From an uncultured beta proteobacterium (GTDB taxonomy: Bacteria > Pseudomonadota > Gammaproteobacteria > Burkholderiales > Burkholderiaceae_F): a stretch of DNA of 64,000 nt. The DNA lies in the NCBI GenBank assembly GCA_963801035.1, contig CAWDDF010000010.1, forward strand, positions 212,496-276,495, in the 5' to 3' direction. The translations under genes were made by a program, and so were the position numbers. Of this stretch, positions 21,326 to 30,883 are shown piece after piece. Position 1 is the first letter of the stretch; every line of letters starts with the position of its first letter. The notes under the pieces were generated by a model. It saw only the letters and a list, made by a program, of their open reading frames with translations, did not search any database and was not told where the DNA came from.

Positions 21326-22480
21326 ATGGAAGTGCTGACACCTACGAAAAAAGTTACTCGCGAGTTTCCGAAGATCACTGAAAAGGGGCTCGACGATCTT
21401 CGCGGTCGCATTGGCCAGCCGGTGACGGGCACGGTCGAACCGTGGTGCTACGAGGCCACGCGCGACAACATTCGCCACTACGCGCACGGCATCGGTGACG
21501 ACAATCCGTTGTGGTGCGATCCGGAGTACGCGGCCAAGACGAAGCACGGCGGCATCCTCGCGCTGCCGAGCTTTCTGTTTGCGACCAGTCGCATCATTTC
21601 CGGATATGTCGGCGGGCTTCCGGGCGTGCATGCGATGTGGTCAGGTGCCGACTGGAACTGGCACATGCCGGTCCGCCGCAACGACGTGATCTCGACCGAG
21701 GCACGTTTGAAGGAATTGATTGAGCATCAGACACGCTTCGCCGGCCGCGCAGTCCAGCAGATCTATCACGTTGACTTCTACAACCAGCACGGCGACAAGG
21801 TGGCCGATGCAGATAGCTGGTGCTTCCGCACCGAACGCGACCATGCGCGCGAAAAGGGCACGAAGTACAAGGAGGTTCGTGCGCGCGAGCCGCGCCGTTA
21901 CACCGACGCCGAGCTGCAGGAAGGCTACAAGCTGTACGCGAACGAGCAGATACGCGGCGCAACTCCGCGCTACTGGGAAGACGTGAAGGAAGGCGAAGCA
22001 CTGCCGGTGATGTTCAAAGGTCCGATGACCGTGACCGGATTCATTGCATTCGCGCAAGGGTGGGGCGGGCTTTACATCCGCGCCAACAAGCTTGCGTGGA
22101 AACTAATCGACGCGCATCCGGGTGCAGGCATCAAGAATCGCTTTGGAATCCCGGACGTGCCTGAGCGCGTCCATTGGGAAGAGGACTTCGCGCTCGAGGT
22201 TGGCGCACCCGGTGCGTACGACTACGGTCCGGAGCGCTGTTCATGGCTGACGCACCATCTCACCAACTGGATGGGCGATGCTGGATTCCTGCGCAAGGCG
22301 CACTGCAAAGTGCGCCGTCACAATCCCGAAGGCGATCTGCTGTTCATCAAAGGCAAAGTCAAGCGCAAGTTTGTCGAAGACGGACGCAAGCTGATCGAGA
22401 TCGAGCAAGAGGGTCATAACCAGGACGATGAGTTATCGGTGGTGGGCTCTGGCATCGTGGAGTTACCCGCGCGTCAGTAG
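21326..22480 (+). CDS. MaoC-like (hotdog) acyl dehydratase/hydratase, double-domain
   Basis: Track ORF 21095..22480. ATG 21326 (MEVLTPTKK) follows an aggaaaa RBS-like stretch. The motif YAHGIGDDNPLWCDPEYA is typical of MaoC/FAS1-type dehydratase N-regions. Confidence 0.65.
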   Translation: MEVLTPTKKVTREFPKITEKGLDDLRGRIGQPVTGTVEPWCYEATRDNIRHYAHGIGDDNPLWCDPEYAAKTKHGGILALPSFLFATSRIISGYVGGLPGVHAMWSGADWNWHMPVRRNDVISTEARLKELIEHQTRFAGRAVQQIYHVDFYNQHGDKVADADSWCFRTERDHAREKGTKYKEVRAREPRRYTDAELQEGYKLYANEQIRGATPRYWEDVKEGEALPVMFKGPMTVTGFIAFAQGWGGLYIRANKLAWKLIDAHPGAGIKNRFGIPDVPERVHWEEDFALEVGAPGAYDYGPERCSWLTHHLTNWMGDAGFLRKAHCKVRRHNPEGDLLFIKGKVKRKFVEDGRKLIEIEQEGHNQDDELSVVGSGIVELPARQ

Positions 22481-22506
22481 CACGAATAAAACGAGCGAGG
22501 CGACAG

Positions 22507-23673
22507 ATGACCGAAGCGACGGCTGCGCCCGACGTCACGTCTACCGGTGCTCTGGCAGGCGTGCGAGTGATCGACCTGTCACGCGTGCTTGCCGGGCCGT
22601 TGTGCACGCAGATGCTCGCCGATCATGGCGCCGATGTCATCAAGGTGGAACCGCCGTCCGGCGACGAGACGCGCTTGCTGGGGCCGCCGTTCACTGCAAC
22701 AGGCGATGCCGCGTATTTTTCTTCGGTTAACCGCGGCAAGCGCGCGATCAGTCTCGATCTGTCGAGCACGGCCGGGCGCTCTGTACTCGAGCGGTTGCTC
22801 GAAGACGCCGATGTCTTGGTCGAAAATTTTCTTCCGGGCACGACGAAGCGCTGGGGTCTCGACTACGAGACGCTGTCGCGTCGTGACCCGCGGCTGATCT
22901 ACTGCAGCATCAGCGGCTTTGGCGCCGATGGTCCGCTCGGCGGATTGCCCGGTTACGACGCGGTATTGCAGGCAATGTGCGGCTTGATGAGCATCAACGG
23001 CACGCCGGAGTCTGGCCCGATGCGAATGGGAGTTCCCGTCGTCGACCATCTGACGAGCTACACCGCGCTGACTGGCATCTTGATGGCGCTCTACGTACGA
23101 GCGCAGACCGGCAAAGGGCAGAAAGTCGAAGCGACATTATTCGATGCGGCATTGAGTCTGCTCGTTCCTCATGCTGCAAATTGGTTCTATTCAGATCGAA
23201 CGCCCGGACTTCTCGGCAATGCGCATCCGAATATCAGCCCGTACGACAAGTTCAAGGCGCGCGATGGCGAGTTGTTTCTCGGCGTTGTCAACGACGGCCA
23301 GTTTCGCCGTTTATGCGAGCACATTCGCCGCACGGATCTGCTCGACGATCCGCGATTCGCGACCAATGCGCTGCGCGTGCAAAACGTCGCCGCGCTGCGC
23401 GTCGAGCTCGAAGGCACGCTTGCTTCGATGCCCGTCGAAGCGCTTTGCCGCGACCTGATGGCGAGTGGGGTGCCCGCGGGCCCGGTTCATTCAGTACCCC
23501 AGGCATTTTCGCAGCCGCACGCGGCGCATCGCGCGATGCAGGTAAGCAAGGGTGACTACCGAGGGATAGGGGTGCCGGTGAAGCTATCGGCCACTCCCGG
23601 CCAACCGGGACGTCGGCCGCCGCGTTTCGACGAACACGCAGACACAGTTGCTGAAGCAAATATCGTGAAGTAA
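22507..23673 (+). CDS. Family III CoA-transferase (CaiB/BaiF)
   Basis: The N-terminal signature is GVRVIDLSRVLAGPLCTQMLADHGADVIKVEPPSGDETR. At 388 aa the length is typical. Confidence 0.9.
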   Translation: MTEATAAPDVTSTGALAGVRVIDLSRVLAGPLCTQMLADHGADVIKVEPPSGDETRLLGPPFTATGDAAYFSSVNRGKRAISLDLSSTAGRSVLERLLEDADVLVENFLPGTTKRWGLDYETLSRRDPRLIYCSISGFGADGPLGGLPGYDAVLQAMCGLMSINGTPESGPMRMGVPVVDHLTSYTALTGILMALYVRAQTGKGQKVEATLFDAALSLLVPHAANWFYSDRTPGLLGNAHPNISPYDKFKARDGELFLGVVNDGQFRRLCEHIRRTDLLDDPRFATNALRVQNVAALRVELEGTLASMPVEALCRDLMASGVPAGPVHSVPQAFSQPHAAHRAMQVSKGDYRGIGVPVKLSATPGQPGRRPPRFDEHADTVAEANIVK

Positions 23674-23689
23674 ATACAGGAGACAAAAG

Positions 23690-24652
23690 ATGAAATTTTG
23701 GAAAGTCATCGGCGCTGCGTTGATCGCGCTGGCATCAACAACCAACGCCGCCGCGCAGGGGTACCCAAACAAGCCTGTACGCATCATCGTCGCGTATCAG
23801 GCGGGGCAGGGAACCGATGTCGCAACGCGTTACATCGCCGAGCAACTATCGAAGAGCCTGGGTCAGAACTTTTTCGTGGATAACCGACCGGGGGCCGGAG
23901 CCAACCTTGGCACGATGGCGGCGGCGCGCGCACCGGCGGACGGCTACACGCTGACGATGGGCACGAATGCCACGCATGGCGTCAATCAATTTCTGTACAA
24001 CAACATCGGCTTCGATCCGGAGAAGGACTTCGAGCCGATCATTCTGACGGGCACCTTTCCAATGGTGATTTCGGCCAGCCCAACGACTCCGGTCAACTCG
24101 GTGGCAGATCTGGTGGCAGCTGCCAAGACCAATCCAAAGTCGGTGGATATCGCTCTGCCGAGCACGACGGCCCGTCTCGTATTTGAATTCCTGAAAGAAC
24201 GCAGCAATGCACCGCTGTTTGGCGTTCCGTACAAAGGGTCGAGCAGTGCAATGACTGAAGTGATGGGCGGGCAAATACCATTGACCATTGATACCGTCAC
24301 TGCATCGCGACCACTGATTGAAAGCGGAAAGCTAAAGGCGATTGCGGTTACGTCGTCGAAGCCGAGCGAGCTGCTGCCGGGAGTCAAGCCGGTCGCTGAG
24401 CAAGGCATGCCCGGCTTTGAAGTGCTTGCATGGAATGCGCTTTATGCACCGAAAGGAACTCCGGCCGCGATCATTCAGTTGTTGAACGCCGAGATGCAGA
24501 AAATCATGGCGCAGCCCGAAACGCGCCAGAAGTTGCTGTCGCTGGGTTTCGAACGCGGTGGCGGCACGGCGGAGCAGCTCGCGGAATTCGGTCGTGCCGA
24601 GCGTCGTAAGTGGGGGCCGATCATTACGAGTGCCGGAATCAAGGCTGAGTAA
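23690..24652 (+). CDS. Bug-family (TctC-like) tripartite tricarboxylate transporter substrate-binding protein
   Basis: A signal peptide is followed by YPNKPVRIIVAYQAGQGTDVATR…, the classic Bug/TctC start. Length is 320 aa. Confidence 0.9.
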   Translation: MKFWKVIGAALIALASTTNAAAQGYPNKPVRIIVAYQAGQGTDVATRYIAEQLSKSLGQNFFVDNRPGAGANLGTMAAARAPADGYTLTMGTNATHGVNQFLYNNIGFDPEKDFEPIILTGTFPMVISASPTTPVNSVADLVAAAKTNPKSVDIALPSTTARLVFEFLKERSNAPLFGVPYKGSSSAMTEVMGGQIPLTIDTVTASRPLIESGKLKAIAVTSSKPSELLPGVKPVAEQGMPGFEVLAWNALYAPKGTPAAIIQLLNAEMQKIMAQPETRQKLLSLGFERGGGTAEQLAEFGRAERRKWGPIITSAGIKAE

Positions 24653-24663
24653 TAGCGTGACGC

Positions 24664-24685
24664 GCGCGGCTGTGCGCAGCCGCGC
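24664..24685 (+). terminator. GC-rich stem-loop downstream of the Bug gene
   Basis: A perfect 9-bp inverted repeat, GCGCGGCTG-tgcg-CAGCCGCGC, lies 12 nt after the stop at 24652. There is no U-tract. Confidence 0.4.
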
Positions 24686-24697
24686 ACGCACAACCGC

Positions 24698-24717
24698 TTC
24701 TGCTGATCGCAGCAGAA
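24698..24717. terminator. Second stem-loop in the convergent intergenic region
   Basis: An 8-bp inverted repeat, TTCTGCTG-atcg-CAGCAGAA. Confidence 0.3.
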
Positions 24718-24760
24718 CTTCGCGCGCTTCCTCACGCGCTTCACGCCAGCTGTTAAAGAA

Positions 24761-24782
24761 AAAGCCCGCCGAGGCGGGCTTT
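24761..24782 (-). terminator. Rho-independent terminator for the PEP-CTERM gene (possibly bidirectional)
   Basis: The hairpin is AAAGCCCGC-cgag-GCGGGCTTT. On the minus strand it is followed by TTTTTCTTT. It lies 20 nt past the stop at 24803. Confidence 0.65.
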
Positions 24783-24802
24783 CCTCAGTGCCATGCGATC
24801 AA

Positions 24803-25388
24803 CTACACAGCTTGACCGCTCTGACGCCGAAAACAACTGGCCACTACCAGGGCCATACCCAGCAGCGCCAGCGTGCCAGGCTCTGGAACTTGGCCACCGC
24901 CCGGGATCCCGTAGAAATTGACGTGAGACAGGCCACCACCTTGTTGGTCCGTTTTGATGAGGTCCCAATCGTAGACGCCAGAGGCCAGCATTGATTTCAG
25001 CGAGTAGACGAACCATTCGTCGGGATTGTTGCCAGTGCCAAACTTGAAGGCGACGGCGATATCGCTGTAAATATCCCACAGGGAACCATCAAACGTAAAT
25101 GTCCCCCACGCCTCGGTTTGGTTGTTATCTTGTAGTAAATAACAGTTCGTCTTTGCTGATGAAATCGTAAGCACCACCAACGCCGTCAAGGAACAAATCG
25201 TTCCCCTCATTACCCGTCAGGTTGCCCACACCCGCATCCAGGCAGGCCGAAACGATGTCACTGTCGACAAGCATGTGGTAATTGGTGACGACCTGGCAAA
25301 GAACGGGAGCGGCGCTAGCCGTCCCAGTCATCATTAACCCAATCAGCAGGCTCGCCGCTAATCCCTTTAGCTTTTTCAAAGTTCGCAT
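24803..25388 (-). CDS. PEP-CTERM-anchored secreted protein, interrupted by one apparent frameshift near 25140-25150
   Basis: The N-terminal piece has a signal peptide (MRTLKKLKGLAASLLIGLMMTGTASA; ATG 25388 follows a gagggaag RBS). The C-terminal piece ends in VPEPGTLALLGMALVVASCFRRQ, which is a PEP-CTERM sorting signal. The gene is visibly more AT-rich than its flanks. Confidence 0.75.
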
Positions 25389-25781
25389 GTTCGTTACTTC
25401 CCTCAAGAGTTGTTACCCGCCAACCTTGAAGGTGCATGAACTGTTCCAACGTGAAATTTGGTCAACGAAACAAGCGCGTGGTTTTTTGTACCCACTGTGC
25501 ACTGCTGAAGACGTAAGTTTTCTCGACAGCGTGTGAGGACTCACGCGTGGCGCGCTAATCGAGACGGATGTAACGGATTCGCGCCGTTTAAATTGAGCGT
25601 GATCGCGCCGAGAAATCAGCAGCGCGTCGCGCAGTGCGTCACAGTTAATCGATACGCGGCGATCTGATTCAACATGCGCAAACGTTTCAGCGCATGGCGC
25701 ATTGACAGCGCGGCGGAGATAACGACATCCTTCGCCGCAATGTTGACGCGATGCCGAAGTGACGTGCGATCGACAGCAGAG

Positions 25782-27212
25782 CTAGCGGCGGCCGTTGCTC
25801 CGCTTCGGCGATTGCAATTCGGCCAGCATGCGACGCGTTTGATCGAGAATGCGGCCGTCGATCTTGTCTACATGTAAGTCCCGTAGCAGCGCTTCGAGCT
25901 CCGTACGCGCTGGTGCGGTCTGCCCCGCGTTGGCAAGCAGCACGGCGTGCATATAGCGCCACACGGAAATATCGCCCGAGCGCACGGTCGACCGCGGAAA
26001 GAGCCAGTCGAACGTGGCCAGATGCGCATCGGGCGGCAGGATCGCAAGGAAGGACGAACGATCATCAATCGTGAACAGGTACGGGTAATACGCCGCGCTC
26101 CATAGACGATTGCGAAGCGAATCGGTTATCGCTTCGCCCGAGAGCCGCATATCGTTGGCCACGATGACCGCATAAGGCACGAACTTCGCACGCGACAGGC
26201 TGCCGCCGAATTGCATCGAGCGGACGAACTCGCGCTCGCGGCCACTCGCGACCGCCCTCTCGAAGTGCTGGCGTGCTTCCGAGTCCCGATCGCGAAACCA
26301 CAGATGTTGGCCCCACATCGCGTGGGCATAGACGTTTTCCGGCTCCTCTTTGATTGACCGCTGGAACTGCGCCGCCGGGTCACCGGCGGCAGCGCCTTCG
26401 CGTGCCAGTAGATAGTCAGCCCAGCCTAGGTGCGCGAATAGATCCGCTGCATGCTGCCCGGTCGCGTTAGGCAGCGCTGCCACCAGTACCGGCTGCACCC
26501 GCTTGACGATATCGGCGAATGTCTGCTCGCCGACGCGGATGCGAATCTCACGCAGCCACCGCATGCCGCAGTGCTCGCGCGCGCGATGCAGCGCTGCATC
26601 CGACGGATAGCGCGCGACCAGTTCGTCGAAGCGGTTCCACGCCGCTGCATGGGAGCCGGACATGCACAGCTCTGCGGCTGATGCGGTCTCGCGGGCTGTT
26701 TGCTCGTGCTGCGCTCGCTCGGCCGCGCGCTGTTGCCACACGTAGGCGAACGCGCCAGCACCCATCGCCGCGACGACGGTGAGACCAATCACCGTAAACA
26801 GCAGCGGCCGGGCGCCGCGGTTTCCCATCTGGGTGACCGCGGCCAGCGTTTCGGCGACCAGCTCACCCTGCGGTTGCAGCAGAGTCACGGCCTTCAGATA
26901 GGGCGGGATCGACGCCATCGGGGTCGGTGCGACGACCACCGGCAACACGCGACCGCGTGGGTGGCGCCAGCGTTGCTGCGCTAGATTCAACTCGGCGAGT
27001 GCGTAGCTACCGGCCGCGACCGATTCCGGCGAGACGAGGAAGATGAACACGTCGCACTCGGCGATCGCCTCGCGCAGCTCGGCATCGAAAGGCTGGCCCG
27101 GTTCGAGTTCATGGCGGTCGACAAAGCAGTGATGACCTTCGGCGTCAAGGGCAAGCTGCAACCGCTCGCACAGGTCTCGGTACTTTGACGAATATGAGAT
27201 GAAGATATCCAT
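25782..27212 (-). CDS. Membrane-anchored TIR-domain protein with C-terminal helical-repeat (TPR-like) extracytoplasmic region
   Basis: The N-terminus is MDIFISYSSKYRDLCERLQLALDAEGHHCFVDRHELEPGQPF…CDVFIFLVSPESVAAGSYALAEL (TIR_2 pattern with a candidate catalytic Glu). A single TM helix follows (LLFTVIGLTVVAAMGAGAFAYVW), then about 300 aa of alpha-helical repeat-like sequence. Its start is 26 nt downstream of the stop of the second tube gene. Confidence 0.8.
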   Translation of the reverse strand: MDIFISYSSKYRDLCERLQLALDAEGHHCFVDRHELEPGQPFDAELREAIAECDVFIFLVSPESVAAGSYALAELNLAQQRWRHPRGRVLPVVVAPTPMASIPPYLKAVTLLQPQGELVAETLAAVTQMGNRGARPLLFTVIGLTVVAAMGAGAFAYVWQQRAAERAQHEQTARETASAAELCMSGSHAAAWNRFDELVARYPSDAALHRAREHCGMRWLREIRIRVGEQTFADIVKRVQPVLVAALPNATGQHAADLFAHLGWADYLLAREGAAAGDPAAQFQRSIKEEPENVYAHAMWGQHLWFRDRDSEARQHFERAVASGREREFVRSMQFGGSLSRAKFVPYAVIVANDMRLSGEAITDSLRNRLWSAAYYPYLFTIDDRSSFLAILPPDAHLATFDWLFPRSTVRSGDISVWRYMHAVLLANAGQTAPARTELEALLRDLHVDKIDGRILDQTRRMLAELQSPKRSNGRR

Positions 27213-27238
27213 CGGCTCGGCTCGACAACCCAGGTCGG

Positions 27239-27676
27239 CTACGACCTCTTCCGACGCGTCGGCGTTGCCGAACCGAATGACGCCGAAAATGCGTCAATCT
27301 CGAGCTCGAGAGTTTCAACCAATGGCTCGTTGCCGAGCGCGTTCAGGTGTGACAACGAGTAGCCACTCGGGCGGGCGTTATCGAACGTCCAGCGATTGGC
27401 GTCAGCTCCACGCTCATCGATTAACACCACGGTAACGGCTCGCTTCGGCGCGGTTCGAGATGTCCGGGACTGATCCCACCATGCGTACCATTCCGGTGAA
27501 CGGGTCACGCCGCGCCTGAGGATCAGCGGCCCGTACTGAATGGCCTTCGACTTGCGTGGACCGGTAATCAAGCGTGCTTCCGGGAAAATCACCTCGACCG
27601 CGCCGGTTTCTTGCAACCCGTCGATCTCGATGCGAAAGCGCATGTTGCCGAACGGCTCACGCTCCGCAGTTTTCAT
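27239..27676 (-). CDS. Phage tail-tube-like protein (T4 gp19 / TIGR02241 family), paralog 2
   Basis: MKTAEREPFGNMRFRIEIDGLQETG…LILRRGVT…VTVVLIDERG…LNALGNEPLVETLELE. It shares the RFR-IEIDGLQ, L-RRGVT and LNA-GNE…E-LEL blocks with paralog 1. ATG 27676 is chosen inside track ORF 27239..27763. Confidence 0.75.
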   Translation of the reverse strand: MKTAEREPFGNMRFRIEIDGLQETGAVEVIFPEARLITGPRKSKAIQYGPLILRRGVTRSPEWYAWWDQSRTSRTAPKRAVTVVLIDERGADANRWTFDNARPSGYSLSHLNALGNEPLVETLELEIDAFSASFGSATPTRRKRS

Positions 27677-27720
27677 ACGCAAATCGATTGTGTCCAGTGC
27701 GCTTTCGGGATCGTCTCGGC

Positions 27721-28155
27721 TCACGACACTCGTTCGATGCCCTCGTTCGCGAGCTCCAAGCATTCGATGAAAACCTCATTACCTTTGGCGTTGAGATCGC
27801 TCGGATCGTATTTTGTCGGCCATGCGTTAGTCACGACAAAGCGTGCTCTGTCGTCGCCGCCTTCGCCCAAGACAACGATCACGACATTTCTTCGATTCGT
27901 GTTCAGTTGACCTTGGACGATCTGCTGGTGCCACTGGAACAGTTCGAGCGAATCAGTCACGCCGCGTTTCAGGGTGACGTTTCCGAACTTGGTGAGTCCA
28001 GATAACTTTCGTACACGTAAAGGCTCGTTTCCCTCGCGATAGTCTATTGCTTCGGTAGTTGTGGCACCGATCGCGACTTCGCTAAAGCCGGCCACCTGCA
28101 GCCCATCGATCTCCAACCGGAATCGAGCATTGCGTAGCGGGTCTTGGCGTGCCAT
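27721..28155 (-). CDS. Phage tail-tube-like protein (T4 gp19 / TIGR02241 family), paralog 1
   Basis: MARQDPLRNARFRLEIDGLQVAGFSEV…IDYREGNEPLRVRKLSGLTKFGNVTLKRGVTDSLELFQW…VVIVVLGEGG…LNAKGNEVFIECLELA. This pattern is typical of eCIS/Afp1-type tube proteins. A GGAG RBS lies 7-8 nt upstream of the start. Confidence 0.8.
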   Translation of the reverse strand: MARQDPLRNARFRLEIDGLQVAGFSEVAIGATTTEAIDYREGNEPLRVRKLSGLTKFGNVTLKRGVTDSLELFQWHQQIVQGQLNTNRRNVVIVVLGEGGDDRARFVVTNAWPTKYDPSDLNAKGNEVFIECLELANEGIERVS

Positions 28156-28333
28156 CGGTTACTCCGTGCTGATAACAGGTTTGTTGTACTCAAAACGACA
28201 TTGTCGATTATTCACATCAATGGTGACGTAAAACCATTATTCCCTGCGCGGTGTTGGCAGACTATTCTCCGTGCTCGAAGCCGCCGGCGTTTTACGAAAC
28301 GAGCGGCTCGTAACATTGATGGGGAACTCTGCA

Positions 28334-30883
28334 ATGAAACGGTTGACGTATGCGGTCGCGCTGGTGGCAATGTGCATGGCGATCGGAGTCGCCGCCGTTT
28401 CGAGAGACACTGCGCCGCCGTGGGTCGTGGCGCAAGCTCCGGCGGCTACTCCCTCGGCTCCTGCCCCAGAGAGCGCGAGTAAATCAACGCCTGACCACCC
28501 GGGCTTCTACCTTGGCGAGGCGCAGCTGACTGCATCGGAGCGCGCCGGGCGCGAGATTTGGTACAAGGCCACTGCCGGAAACGCGCGCTTTCACACCTAT
28601 GTCTTTCAGCAGCGTGTCAACGTACTGATCGACTGGTATCGCGTGCTCAACGCGAAAGAACGCGGCGACCGCTTCGCTGCGTGGGGAATCATCAATGACC
28701 CGGGCTGCTGCATGCCAGGATCGAAGGATTGTCCGGCGACCAGCCTCGAGCAGACCTACGGATTCGAGTGGTGCCCGGGCGACGACGAGTTGCTGAAGTT
28801 CGTCGGACGCGCCGGCTATCGCGATCCGGCGTGCGACTTCAACGAAGCGCCGATCGATCCCGCCGATTTGCACCACAAGGCAAAGGACCAGCGTCAGTCG
28901 TCGTGCGACCTCGCGTTTGGTACTTCAACCGGAGGATTGGGCTATCGCAAGTTTCCGAATCCGCGCTTCGACCGGGCGCGCTGGCTCAAGGTCAATGGCA
29001 GCCTCGCGAGCTGGGAAGGTTATCGAGGCGCACTGTCGAAGGATCCGAAGTCGAGCGATTCGGCCCTGAACCGCTTGGCTGACGGTTCGATCGAGCCGCC
29101 GTTTCTGATCGGAACGACCTGCGGCTCGTGCCACATTTCGTTCGATCCGCTGAATCCTCCGAAGGACCCAGCCAATCCGGAGTGGGCCAACCTGAAAGGC
29201 GGTCTTGGCAACCAGTACTCGCGCGTATCGGAGATCCTGACCTCTGGCATGTCGGGCGCGACGCTCGAAGCGCAGATGTTCGCGCATGCGCGCCCGGGTA
29301 CGTCGGACACTTCTGCCATCGCGACCGACCAGGTGCACAACCCCGGCACGATGAATGCGATTATCAATACAAAGGTGCGGCCGACCTTCGCGGGCGAAAA
29401 TGTCACCCGTTGGCGCAAGGCGGCGAGTTGCTCGCAGCAGGACGCCAATTGCTGGTGCGAGCCCGGCCGCGACAACAAGTGTTGGCAGCGCGGTGCTGCG
29501 ACCGAGACCGTGCATCACATCCTCAAAGGCGGCGAAGACTCGATCGGCGCGCTCGAGGCGATCCAGCGCGTGTACTTCAACATTGGCTCGTGCTCCGAGC
29601 AGTGCTGGGTGAACCATTTGACGGACCTGCGCCAGCTCGATCCGACCCAGCGCAATTTCGGACAAACGCCGTTCGACATCGGTCAGTGCCGACGCGACTG
29701 TCCGAACTTCCGCGCGATCGAAGATCGCTTGCCCGACATCCTTGCGTTCTTGACGTCGAAGGAAACCGATGCGACAGACCTCGCTGTTGCTCGAGCCAAC
29801 GCGAAGCAGGCGGTGAATGCCAAAGCCGCATACACGAGCGCGGATTTGCACCGCGATCTCGATAAGCAGTTCGGCGCCAATGCCGTTGCGCGTGGACGCG
29901 AAGTGTTTGCGACCACGTGCGCGCGCTGCCATTCGTCGATCGCAGAAACGCCGGAAAATACATTCAAGAATCGCGACTTCAGCGCCGTCGGCGCAAATGG
30001 CATGCGCACCGACTGGTTGGGGTCCGACCGGGCGACGCTGGCGACCGAAGTCGGTTCCAATCGCTGCCGCGCATTGCATTCGAACCATATGAACGGGCAA
30101 ATATGGCAGGAGTACGGCTCCGAGACGCTGCGTGCGCGGCCGACCGATCCGAACATCAAGGAACCGCACGATGGCGGCCGTGGCTCTTATCGCAACATCT
30201 CGCTGCTATCGCTGTGGGCGCACGCGCCGTTCATGCACAACAATGCGATCGGTCCCGAGCTCTGCGGTCAGCCGGCCAACAAGGCCAACCAGTTCTATCG
30301 CTCGCCGTACGTCGACGAGAACAAGAAAACGCTGCCGGCCGACAAGGCGCCCGCGTGCTGGGCTTATGACCCGAGCGTCGACGGCCGTTTCAAGCTGTAC
30401 GTCGCATCGATGGAAGAACTGCTGAACCCGAGCAAGCGTGTTCCGAAGCTGTCGCGCTTCGATAAGGACGTGCGCATCGCGCTCGGGCCGCGAACCTGGG
30501 ACGGCAAGGAAGAGAAGCAGATTCTGGGTTTCACGCTGGTGTTGCCGGCGGGAACCGGTGTCGGCGCGATGGCAAGCTTCCAGCACAAGGCCTTCGTCAA
30601 CGACCTGATCGTCGCCAAGCTAAGACCCGACGAACTCAATGCAAAGCTGACGAAGCAACTCGGCGAAGCCGAAGGCAAGCGAGTCGCTGCCGATCTGCAC
30701 GCTGTCACCAGTGAGATCGCCAAGGACCCGGAGCATTTGGTCGATGCGGTCAAGCGGTATCCGCGTCTGGTCGAGGTGTATAGCTCGTGTACCGCGGATA
30801 TCGAAAATACCGGCCATCGCTTCGGTGAGGATCTGCCGGACGCCGACAAGAAGGCGCTTATCGCCTTTCTGGCCACACTATGA
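28334..30883 (+). CDS. Secreted di-haem c-type cytochrome, CCP/MauG-like C-terminal region
   Basis: Signal peptide MKRLTYAVALVAMCMAIGVAAV. Two CxxCH motifs: CGSCH at 29120-29134 and CARCH at 29918-29932. LSLWAHAPFMHNNAIGP and the C-terminal DADKKALIAFLATL resemble cytochrome c peroxidase family endings. Confidence 0.7.
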   Translation: MKRLTYAVALVAMCMAIGVAAVSRDTAPPWVVAQAPAATPSAPAPESASKSTPDHPGFYLGEAQLTASERAGREIWYKATAGNARFHTYVFQQRVNVLIDWYRVLNAKERGDRFAAWGIINDPGCCMPGSKDCPATSLEQTYGFEWCPGDDELLKFVGRAGYRDPACDFNEAPIDPADLHHKAKDQRQSSCDLAFGTSTGGLGYRKFPNPRFDRARWLKVNGSLASWEGYRGALSKDPKSSDSALNRLADGSIEPPFLIGTTCGSCHISFDPLNPPKDPANPEWANLKGGLGNQYSRVSEILTSGMSGATLEAQMFAHARPGTSDTSAIATDQVHNPGTMNAIINTKVRPTFAGENVTRWRKAASCSQQDANCWCEPGRDNKCWQRGAATETVHHILKGGEDSIGALEAIQRVYFNIGSCSEQCWVNHLTDLRQLDPTQRNFGQTPFDIGQCRRDCPNFRAIEDRLPDILAFLTSKETDATDLAVARANAKQAVNAKAAYTSADLHRDLDKQFGANAVARGREVFATTCARCHSSIAETPENTFKNRDFSAVGANGMRTDWLGSDRATLATEVGSNRCRALHSNHMNGQIWQEYGSETLRARPTDPNIKEPHDGGRGSYRNISLLSLWAHAPFMHNNAIGPELCGQPANKANQFYRSPYVDENKKTLPADKAPACWAYDPSVDGRFKLYVASMEELLNPSKRVPKLSRFDKDVRIALGPRTWDGKEEKQILGFTLVLPAGTGVGAMASFQHKAFVNDLIVAKLRPDELNAKLTKQLGEAEGKRVAADLHAVTSEIAKDPEHLVDAVKRYPRLVEVYSSCTADIENTGHRFGEDLPDADKKALIAFLATL

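Noticed and set aside
27239-28155. Interpreting the two tail-tube genes as part of a prophage, eCIS/PVC or T6SS locus
   Set aside because: No sheath, baseplate, spike/PAAR, tape-measure, ATPase, capsid, terminase or integrase gene is recognisable in the window. The flanks are a TIR gene on one side and cytochromes on the other.
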